DNA of 64,000 nucleotides from an uncultured Verrucomicrobiae bacterium (GTDB lineage: Bacteria; Verrucomicrobiota; Verrucomicrobiia; Chthoniobacterales; JAATET01), in NCBI GenBank assembly GCA_963719495.1, contig CAVRCI010000009.1, positions 64,001 through 128,000 on the forward strand. Direction: 5' to 3'. Made by a program: the position numbers and the translations under genes. This document shows, one piece after another, positions 20,472 to 28,131 of this stretch (positions are counted from its first letter, which is position 1; each line of letters begins with the position of its first letter). The notes beneath the pieces were generated by a model that saw only the letters and a program-made list of their open reading frames with translations, was not told the DNA's origin and ran no database searches.

Positions 20472-21128
20472 TCAGTCGCCGAGACGACGCAGCCGTTCCT
20501 TCCAACGGGGATCGCCGGCGTCGGCGTCGTATTCCGCCTGCCGCCGCGCGACGGCCGGACGAATGATCTCGGTCCGCACGTCGATGTCGTCCTCGAAGAT
20601 CTCCCGCCACAAGACTTGCGTCTGCGTCGTGTAGTCGGACCCGCTCTCCTCGTCGAAGTTCGGCCGATAAAGGTCCACCGCCAGTTGCAGGTGGCGCTTG
20701 AATTCCTCGGCGGTCGGGTGGCCGGTCTTCCGAATGACGAGGCGGAAGGCCTCCAGGTCCTTCTCCTCAAGCCGACCGATCTTGCTCGTGAGAATGTCCC
20801 ACGCATGCGGAAAAACGAACGTGTGGCTGCGCCGGAGCTCCCGGTGCGCCCGCTCCTCCCAGCCGAGCGCGGTGCGAAAAACGAGCCGGTCGCAGACTTG
20901 GAATTCGAGATCCACCCGTTCGTCGGCGTAGCGCAAGGGTCGGGCGGCCTTCGCGATCTCATCATCGCCGATCACGTCAACGTCGCGGCTGAGAAAAGCC
21001 GGTTCGAGCGTCACCTGCAGCACACCGCTGCCGAATACGACAACCGTGCGGGGTGGCTCGGACGGCAGCGCCTCAGCGAGCTGATCCAATAGGTTCCCGG
21101 CGGGTGATGCCCAGGTGATGGACGTCAT
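20472..21128 (-). CDS. Nucleotidyltransferase-like protein (DUF6036/AbiEii-like)
   Basis: VVVFGSG...SRDVDV nucleotidyltransferase-type motif; DILTSKIGRLEEKD. Confidence 0.7.
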   Translation of the reverse strand: MTSITWASPAGNLLDQLAEALPSEPPRTVVVFGSGVLQVTLEPAFLSRDVDVIGDDEIAKAARPLRYADERVDLEFQVCDRLVFRTALGWEERAHRELRRSHTFVFPHAWDILTSKIGRLEEKDLEAFRLVIRKTGHPTAEEFKRHLQLAVDLYRPNFDEESGSDYTTQTQVLWREIFEDDIDVRTEIIRPAVARRQAEYDADAGDPRWKERLRRLGD

Positions 21129-21315
21129 AAGAATCAATTCCTTCGAAGGCTTGTTTGATCAACCGCGGCGTCACGGCCAGATCGTGACCGAGGATGCGCC
21201 CGACGCGCACGTCCCGCGGAGTCAGCGTCCCGCGGTCCTCGCGCAGGAGAATCCGCGCGGCAATGCGCGACTTCCGCCACGCCCGCGCGATTTGTTTGGT
21301 CTCGACCCGGGTCAT
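21073..21315 (-). CDS. Small hypothetical protein, putative partner of the nucleotidyltransferase
   Basis: 80-aa ORF MTRVETKQIARAWRKSRIAARILLREDRG... overlapping the start of the downstream gene. Confidence 0.5.
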   Translation of the reverse strand: MTRVETKQIARAWRKSRIAARILLREDRGTLTPRDVRVGRILGHDLAVTPRLIKQAFEGIDSYDVHHLGITRREPIGSAR

Positions 21316-21500
21316 CGCTGGCAAACCTAGCGCTGGTAGCACCGGGCCTCAAGGAGCAACGCCGCGGGTTGTGGTCGCGAAAGCGGGCAGAGAAAGCGAG
21401 GGAACACGCGGCGCGAAGTTCCCTACCCAAGTGGGTGGGGCTGGTCGCGCCGCGCCAGCCGACTTCTTCCGCGGTGGCAGCTCCCGCTTCGCCACCGGAG

Positions 21501-23234
21501 TCACCCACCAAGGCGCTGGGAGCGTCGGCCCGCCCACACGAGCAGAGCGCCGACGGCCAGGACGAAGGCGCTGAGCGCAAGGATCACGAGCCGTCCCTCG
21601 GTCGGATTGGGCAGCACCAGAAGCAGCAGGGTAAAAGCGCCGAGAATAAAGGTCACTCGACCGACGAGCCTCGCCTGGATGCTGTCCTTCGACTCGCCGA
21701 TCTCGGCCGCAAAGTCGACCGCGGTCGCCATTTTTTCGAAGAGCGCCCGCTCGCGATCGCGTTGCGCGATGCCCTGAAAACGGGCGAGCGGAATGGAGAC
21801 GAGTGAACCGAGCAGCGCGAACCCGAGCACCCAAGCACCTCGCTCCTGGATCGTCCACTCGTCGCCCGTGACGCGGGCGTCGAGGAACGAGTAGACGGAC
21901 GGGAGCAACGCCGTCCCGGAGATCACGAAATACGACCACGTCGGCAATCGGCGAACGATGAGACCCACCACGAGCGGCATCAGGATCGGCGTGCCGATGA
22001 CCGAGCCGATGAGCAGAAACGTGTCGAAGAGCGCGACTTTTTCCTGACCGGCCAGCAGCAGGCTCATACCGATGACGGTCAGCCCCAGCGCGGTGCTGAT
22101 CAGCCGACAGAGTCGAACGAGAGCGCGGTCTCCGAGCGGTGGGCGGCGGGTCGCCTCGCGGATGCGGGCGATGAGGTTGTTCACGATGATGCCGGTCTGG
22201 CCATTGATGCCGGTGTCCATGCTGCTCATCGTCGCGGCGAACATGGCGGCGATCATGATCCCCATCAGCCCGTTCGGCAGCACGTGCGCGGCGACAACGG
22301 CGTAGGCTCCGGTCGCCGGATCGTTGCCGCCGAGCGCCAACACTTCGTCCGCGTAGAGGAACCGCGCCACCATCGGCGGGATGAACCAGACCGTGCAACC
22401 GATCGCCATCAGGCCGAACGACCACCAGGCGGCGCGAGAGGCTTCGCGTCCATCCTTGACCGACAGATACGGCCCGGCGCTGCCGATGCTCGTGAGGCCA
22501 ACGAGCTGCATGACGAAGATGACGACCGCCCACTGCCACGTGTATTTGTTGTCGGCATATTCACCCTCGGGCTTAATCAAGCGGTAAGCCTCGCTCAGCT
22601 CGGGAGCGTTGTAGTGAGCAATGAGCCCGCTCACGCCTCCCACCTCGCGCAGGGCAAGAAAACCGACGATGAGGGTAATTCCAAAGAGGACGATCCCCTG
22701 GACGACGTCGGTCGCCATCACGGCCCAGCGGCCACCGCTCACCGAGTAGAACAGCACGATCAAACCAACGACGACGATGACGCCCCGCAGCGGGAGGCCG
22801 AACGTCGAACTGACGAAAATCGCCAACGCCCAGAGTTGGATCGCCGACGAGAGCGGCCCTAGAACGAGGCCCGCGAAAACGGAAAACTGCTCGACCGGCG
22901 TGCCGAATCGCTCGCGGATGATGTCCATCGGCGTGTAGGCCCGCGATTGGCGAAACCACCGCGCGAGGAATAACCCGCCGATGGCGAGGGCCGACAAGTT
23001 CGCCAGGTAGATGACGAGCGGGGTGAGCCCGGCGTTGAAGACGGCGGACCCGTTGCCCGTGAACGTAAAAGCACTGATCCCCGCCATCGTCGTGCTCGTG
23101 CCGACCATCCACCACGAACCCTGCGCCCCACCCCGGACGAAGTCGCTGAGGTTCCGGTTGAACCGCGAGAAGACCCCGCCCAGCACAAGGAGAAAGACCA
23201 GGTAGACGGCGAGAGTGGCGGATTCGATGAGCAT
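21501..23234 (-). CDS. Sodium:solute symporter (SSS) family transporter
   Basis: DFVRGG..GSWWMVG...SAFTF, GGRWAVMATDVVQ, AATMSSMDTGIN. Confidence 0.93.
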   Translation of the reverse strand: MLIESATLAVYLVFLLVLGGVFSRFNRNLSDFVRGGAQGSWWMVGTSTTMAGISAFTFTGNGSAVFNAGLTPLVIYLANLSALAIGGLFLARWFRQSRAYTPMDIIRERFGTPVEQFSVFAGLVLGPLSSAIQLWALAIFVSSTFGLPLRGVIVVVGLIVLFYSVSGGRWAVMATDVVQGIVLFGITLIVGFLALREVGGVSGLIAHYNAPELSEAYRLIKPEGEYADNKYTWQWAVVIFVMQLVGLTSIGSAGPYLSVKDGREASRAAWWSFGLMAIGCTVWFIPPMVARFLYADEVLALGGNDPATGAYAVVAAHVLPNGLMGIMIAAMFAATMSSMDTGINGQTGIIVNNLIARIREATRRPPLGDRALVRLCRLISTALGLTVIGMSLLLAGQEKVALFDTFLLIGSVIGTPILMPLVVGLIVRRLPTWSYFVISGTALLPSVYSFLDARVTGDEWTIQERGAWVLGFALLGSLVSIPLARFQGIAQRDRERALFEKMATAVDFAAEIGESKDSIQARLVGRVTFILGAFTLLLLVLPNPTEGRLVILALSAFVLAVGALLVWAGRRSQRLGG

Positions 23235-23255
23235 GGCGGCGGTGGTCGGGACGGC

Positions 23256-23290
23256 AAAAAGGCGATCGGAGGATCATCTCCGACCGCCTT
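23256..23290 (-). terminator. Rho-independent terminator-like hairpin after the PEP-CTERM gene
   Basis: Minus strand AAGGCGGTCGGAG-ATGATC-CTCCGATCGCCTTTTT. Confidence 0.7.
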
Positions 23291-23314
23291 GGAAGGGGGC
23301 AAATTCCTCAGCCG

Positions 23315-24106
23315 TTACGCGCGGCGGCGACGTCTGAAAGCGAGGAGCGCGAGGCCTCCGGCGACCAACGCGCCGACGGTGCTCGGCTCGGGCACGGCGG
23401 CCAAGCTGACGTTATCGAACGACAGCTGCCGATAATTTAGCGCACCAGAATTCCCCGCCGCGACTTGGAAGGATTCGAAACTCGTGCTCGTCGTCGAGTT
23501 GAAGCCAATCGTGGATCCCTGCGAGACCCCGTTCACCGTCAGCGAATACTGCGACGTGTCGAAGTTGATCGCGCCGGAGATCGAGAAGAACCCCGTGACG
23601 TCGTCGAGATCGAAACTCCCCGAGCCATTCGACGCGTTCGTCGCGGACGTGCCGTCGAAGTATTGCAGCCGGCCGTTGTCGAAGATCTGGAGTCGGATCG
23701 CCGTGCCACTGGCCGCGTCGCCCCCGGCGATGCGGATGGTGGCGGATGTCGCGAAATCACTCGTCCCCGGGTTGTTGTCCGAGCGAAGGTCGAACGAGAA
23801 ATTGTAGATTCCGCTGGCCGCGTTCGTTCCGCCGAGGTCCGCAGCGCTCGGCGTGAACGTGTTCGTGATGAAGTTCGCCGGATCGCTGGCGGGCGTCTGG
23901 GCGATCTGATTCCCGGCGTCGTCGACGACGCCAAGCCAAAGACCCGAGCCGGACCACTGGGTGCCGGTCGTGGGTTCGCCGGACAACGCGCCGACCGAGT
24001 AACCCTCCCCGGATTCGAAACCGATCAGGATCGCGTGGGCGCTCGGAAGGAAGCTGGTGGCAAGGAGGGTGGTAAGAAGTGCGGGGGTGAGGAGGTGTTT
24101 TTTCAT
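23315..24106 (-). CDS. PEP-CTERM sorting-domain protein
   Basis: Signal peptide MKKHLL...SAHA; C-terminal AVPEPSTVGALVAGGLALLAFRRRRRA. Confidence 0.93.
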   Translation of the reverse strand: MKKHLLTPALLTTLLATSFLPSAHAILIGFESGEGYSVGALSGEPTTGTQWSGSGLWLGVVDDAGNQIAQTPASDPANFITNTFTPSAADLGGTNAASGIYNFSFDLRSDNNPGTSDFATSATIRIAGGDAASGTAIRLQIFDNGRLQYFDGTSATNASNGSGSFDLDDVTGFFSISGAINFDTSQYSLTVNGVSQGSTIGFNSTTSTSFESFQVAAGNSGALNYRQLSFDNVSLAAVPEPSTVGALVAGGLALLAFRRRRRA

Positions 24107-24283
24107 GGGAGGAGTATTTCTTTTCAAATAACGCAAAGCAGGCTTGGTCGTCAACAAAAAATTCGTTTCTCACACGCGCGATCGCGGATTTGATTTCCAG
24201 CCGCGAGAATCGCGATTTTTAACCGCTTCGGCAGCGGACTGCGAATCGCTTGCCTTTTTGGCCTCAATCAACCTCCCGCCAAC

Positions 24284-24300
24284 TTATTGAATAACAAATA
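24284..24300. promoter_or_regulatory. Candidate operator TTATTGAATAACAAATA (copy 1)
   Basis: Identical 17-mer at 25469-25485; AT-rich, contains TTATT-G-AATAA palindrome; lies in a divergent promoter region. Confidence 0.6.
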
Positions 24301-24401
24301 CAAACCGCTTGACCGCCGGCACCCCGTTGATACGCTCCCCCTCGACGGCGCACCATGCGCGGTCCTACACCCCAAAAATAATCAGTCACCCCCGTATCCC
24401 C

Positions 24402-25193
24402 ATGAAACGACCAATCCCCCTCCCACTCATCGCCCTCCTGGGCTTCACGCCGATCCTGGCCCAAGCCTTCACGACCAGCTTCGAAGCCGGTGAAGGCTAC
24501 ACCGCCGGCGAGCTAGTCGGACAACCTTCCTCCGGCACGACCTGGGGAGGAACGAGCGGCATCGCGACCGTCGTCACCAGCGGGGGCAATCCCAACGGCC
24601 ACGTGAGCCTGGTTGGAGTTTCGTCCGACTTGTCACCCGTCAATTTTGCCCCAACCGACCTGGACTTGGGGGGTGCCACGTTCCCGCAGAGCATCAACTT
24701 CAGCTTCGACATCCGGAACGATAGTTTCGACGGAGGAGGCGACGACTTATTGGGGCGAATCGTCGTCCTGCGGGACGCGGCGGCACCGAACCGGAGCCGC
24801 TCGCTGCGGTTGTCGCTGAACGTGAACGGAACCGTCGAAGTCGTTAGCGACACGTTCGTCGGCGGCTCGCTGAACGTCATGGCCTTCGGCGACGCCACGT
24901 CGTTCAGCAACTTCAGCGGCACGCTGAACTTCGCGGACCAAACGAGCACGCTCTCGATCAATGGTGCGGCCGTGAACGGCGGCAGCCCCTTCAACTTCAA
25001 CGTTCAATCCGGCACCGGCTCGGACGCCTACGGATTCTTCGAAGCGAACGTCGCGGGCGTCGGCAACACGTATTCGCTCGATAACCTCTCGCTCACGGCC
25101 GTTCCAGAACCCGGCACCGCCGGTATCTTCCTCGGTGGACTCGCCGCGCTGCTCGCCTTCCGACGCCTGCGCAGCCGCAAGACCGCCGCGTAA
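24402..25193 (+). CDS. PEP-CTERM sorting-domain protein
   Basis: Signal peptide ending AQA; C-terminal AVPEPGTAGIFLGGLAALLAFRRLRSRK. Confidence 0.93.
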   Translation: MKRPIPLPLIALLGFTPILAQAFTTSFEAGEGYTAGELVGQPSSGTTWGGTSGIATVVTSGGNPNGHVSLVGVSSDLSPVNFAPTDLDLGGATFPQSINFSFDIRNDSFDGGGDDLLGRIVVLRDAAAPNRSRSLRLSLNVNGTVEVVSDTFVGGSLNVMAFGDATSFSNFSGTLNFADQTSTLSINGAAVNGGSPFNFNVQSGTGSDAYGFFEANVAGVGNTYSLDNLSLTAVPEPGTAGIFLGGLAALLAFRRLRSRKTAA

Positions 25194-25468
25194 TTCGCCT
25201 CCACTCGATTCCGATCCTCCGCCGCACTGGGAAAACGCGCGGCGCGAGGGCTGGCCCGCGGGGTCGGATCTCCCAAACGCTTAAAACCTCCTCATCCCAA
25301 CGTCCCCTCGGAATCTGCACGAGATCAGACGACCGTGGCAGCGGCTTCCAGCCGATTACCAAGCCAAAATCGGCTGGAAACCGATTCAGCTCGACACGCC
25401 ACAGCGCTCAAATAATCCCCGATCCGCAAGATTGGGTTGAATTCATCTCCGGGTCGCGTATTCTTCGT

Positions 25469-25485
25469 TTATTGAATAACAAATA
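25469..25485. promoter_or_regulatory. Candidate operator TTATTGAATAACAAATA (copy 2)
   Basis: Ends 6 bp before the ATG of the prepilin-like gene; identical to 24284-24300. Confidence 0.6.
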
Positions 25486-25491
25486 ACCTCC

Positions 25492-26157
25492 ATGTCTTCA
25501 ATTCCCCCCATCAGACTTTCCCGCCGGTCCGTCGGCTTCACCCTCGTCGAGATCCTCGTGGTCGTCTCGATTATCTCCATCCTGACCGCGCTGTCGGTCG
25601 GCGTCTTCCGCTCCGTGTTCGACCGCGCGAAGGAGACTGAGTCAATGGCCTCCCTCCGAAAGGTCGGTCACGCGATCCTGCTCTACACCACCGAAAACGA
25701 GAACCAACTCCCCGGCCCCCTCTACACATCGGTCGTCTCCCGGTTCCGCTCGTCGGACGGGAATCAGCTCGCGACCCGCATCGCGCCCTATCTCGGCTAC
25801 ACCGTCACGGATCAATGGCAGGGGATGCAGGAACTCATCCCCAACAATCGCAAGATCACGCCCGCGCAAGCGGCGCAATCCTCCATTCTCACCTTCAACG
25901 CCAATGTCAACGATTACGTCGTCGACGACGTTCCGCGCCGACCTTTCGGCTATCCAGGCAGCGAGTCCTACTCGGCCCAGCCGCTGCGCATGGTGCAGAT
26001 CACGAAGCCGGACTCCCTGTGGATCTTGAACGAAAAACCCTTCGGAACCCAAGAAGGCAAGGACGCCTACGTCGCGGGGACCGACAAGCGGATGTTCCTC
26101 TTCGCCTCCGGTCGGGTCTCGTTCGAAGCCCCGGACTTCTCGGCGCGCAACCAGTAG
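25492..26157 (+). CDS. Prepilin-type N-terminal cleavage/methylation domain protein (pseudopilin-like)
   Basis: GFTLVEILVVVSIISIL type IV prepilin motif; C-terminal MFLFASGRV resembles the xLFxDGHV end of PVC-group pseudopilins. Confidence 0.9.
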   Translation: MSSIPPIRLSRRSVGFTLVEILVVVSIISILTALSVGVFRSVFDRAKETESMASLRKVGHAILLYTTENENQLPGPLYTSVVSRFRSSDGNQLATRIAPYLGYTVTDQWQGMQELIPNNRKITPAQAAQSSILTFNANVNDYVVDDVPRRPFGYPGSESYSAQPLRMVQITKPDSLWILNEKPFGTQEGKDAYVAGTDKRMFLFASGRVSFEAPDFSARNQ

Positions 26158-26201
26158 CTGCCGTCGATCCGATTCCAATTTCAACTCACCACCACTTCTC
26201 C

Positions 26202-26909
26202 GTGAAAATCCTCTCCGCCGACAACTTCGCCGCCGCCCTGGTCCTCATCGCCTCCGGCGGCTCGCTCCGCGCCGTCACCGTCGACTTCGAATCCGCCGAG
26301 GGTTACGAAGTCGGGAAAACGCTCAACACCCAGCCGAGCGACTCCCGTCCCGTCTGGATCGGGCCTCCCGGGTTCGGCGAGATCGCCGGCGGCGAGGGCG
26401 TCGACGGTGGGCAGGCCGCCCGATTCGCGGAACCCGGTGGCTACGCGACCGCGTGGATGCTGCCGGAGCAACTCGGCGAGATCCCGGAGCAAGTCCGGTA
26501 TTCGTTCGCCGTGATGGTAAACGGATTGACGCCGAACTCGTTCGACGTACCGGTGCGGGTGCGCGCGGGATTGGACGGCGACGCGACGGCGCTGCGGCTA
26601 CAAATCTACGCCGGCGGGAAAATCGAATTCTTCGACGGCGACCAACCCGTGCGGGTGAAGACCGAGGACGGCGAGGATTTCTTCGTCCGCGAGGGAGTCT
26701 ACACGACGTTCACCGGAGAGATCGACTTAGCGAAGTCCACGTTCACGATTGCGGTAGACGAGGTCCCGCAGGGCGAGGCGGATGGGGCCGCGTTTCAATT
26801 CAACGTCCCGGGGGAACGTAAGGGCTTCGGGCGTTTCGAAATCACGAACAGCCAGGCGGGCGATGGGGATTTCTTCGTCGACCGGATCGAGTTCGGGGCA
26901 AAGGAATAG
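26202..26909 (+). CDS. Secreted hypothetical protein paralogous to the PEP-CTERM passengers but lacking the anchor
   Basis: GTG start, signal-like N-terminus, VTVDFESAEGY...QPS...W and ALRLQIYAGGKIEFFDG match the 23315-24106 protein. Confidence 0.75.
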   Translation: MKILSADNFAAALVLIASGGSLRAVTVDFESAEGYEVGKTLNTQPSDSRPVWIGPPGFGEIAGGEGVDGGQAARFAEPGGYATAWMLPEQLGEIPEQVRYSFAVMVNGLTPNSFDVPVRVRAGLDGDATALRLQIYAGGKIEFFDGDQPVRVKTEDGEDFFVREGVYTTFTGEIDLAKSTFTIAVDEVPQGEADGAAFQFNVPGERKGFGRFEITNSQAGDGDFFVDRIEFGAKE

Positions 26910-26961
26910 TTAAGAATCACCGGCGATTTGACAGTGAAACGGCACGGCTCTCGCGGAGATC

Positions 26962-28131
26962 ATGGGTAGCGCGAATCGGCAGACCACGAAAGTCTCGGAC
27001 GTCGCGAAGGCGGCGGGCGTTTCGGCGACGGCCGTCTACTCGCTGCTGAACGGTCGCTACTACGGCAGTGATTCGACGTCGCGGATCGGGCTTTCGGAGG
27101 ACACGCGGGAACGCATCCGCCTCGCCTGCCGGGAGGTCGGCTACGTGCCGGATGACCCGGCGACCCGCGTCCGCGTCCAGCCGGAACTCGGCGGATTCCT
27201 CATGATGCTCTGCGAGGAAGTGCGGGATCAAATTGCCAACCCCTACTTCTCGCCCATCCTCCAGGGTCTGTCGGCGCACGCGGCGAAGGACCGGCGGGGG
27301 TGTTCCTTTTGCTCCTTCGATCTCGAGACCGACTACATGTTCAACCCCGACCAGCTGCCCGACGCGGTGCGCGGGGGATTCGTTAACAAAGTCGTCATCG
27401 CCGGCGCCATCAATTACTCGCTGCTCCTGGCGCTCAACCGGGCGGCGTGCCGGATCGTCTACGCGTCGCGGGTCGTCGGCCTGCCGCACGTCCACGCGGT
27501 GGCGCCGGATTACCGCGAGGCGGCGCGGGCCGCGATGGCGCACTTCGCCGAGCTCGGGCACCGGCAGATCGCGGTGGCCATCCCGTCGTTCGTGAAGGAC
27601 GACGCATTCTACTTCCGCGAACTCACGGTCGGCTGCCGCGAGGCGTGGGCTGCTCTCGGCGGTCCCGACCCGGGGCCAACGCTCGTGCGGGACCAACGCC
27701 CCGCCGACAGCCCGCTGGAATTTTTTGATTGGATCCAGCGCAAACTCCCCGGCGTGACGGCCATTTTTTCCTTCGACGACGCGACGGCCATCAGCCTGCT
27801 CAACTCCGCCCGACGCGCCGGTGTCGACGTTCCGGGTGATCTGTCCCTCATCGGCTGCAACGACGAACTGCGGCCCTACAGCCCGCTGCCGCTGACGACC
27901 GTCCACTTCCCGATTTTGGAAATGGGCGTGCGGGCCGGTGAGTTGCTCGACCGCGCGGTGGCCGGGAGCCTGGGGCGCGAGCAACCCACCGTCGAGGTCC
28001 TGCCGGTCGAGCTTCGCGTGCGGGCGACCACCGCCGTCTGCCGGACGCCCGAGCCGGACGAAGAACCCCCGACCCCGACGCGGGCCACCCGAAACTCGAA
28101 GAACGGCAACGAGGGGCTCCGTGCGAAATAA
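26962..28131 (+). CDS. LacI family transcriptional regulator
   Basis: KVSDVAKAAGVSATAVYSLLNG HTH; LGHRQIA, VPGDLSLIGCND, PLTTV. Confidence 0.95.
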   Translation: MGSANRQTTKVSDVAKAAGVSATAVYSLLNGRYYGSDSTSRIGLSEDTRERIRLACREVGYVPDDPATRVRVQPELGGFLMMLCEEVRDQIANPYFSPILQGLSAHAAKDRRGCSFCSFDLETDYMFNPDQLPDAVRGGFVNKVVIAGAINYSLLLALNRAACRIVYASRVVGLPHVHAVAPDYREAARAAMAHFAELGHRQIAVAIPSFVKDDAFYFRELTVGCREAWAALGGPDPGPTLVRDQRPADSPLEFFDWIQRKLPGVTAIFSFDDATAISLLNSARRAGVDVPGDLSLIGCNDELRPYSPLPLTTVHFPILEMGVRAGELLDRAVAGSLGREQPTVEVLPVELRVRATTAVCRTPEPDEEPPTPTRATRNSKNGNEGLRAK

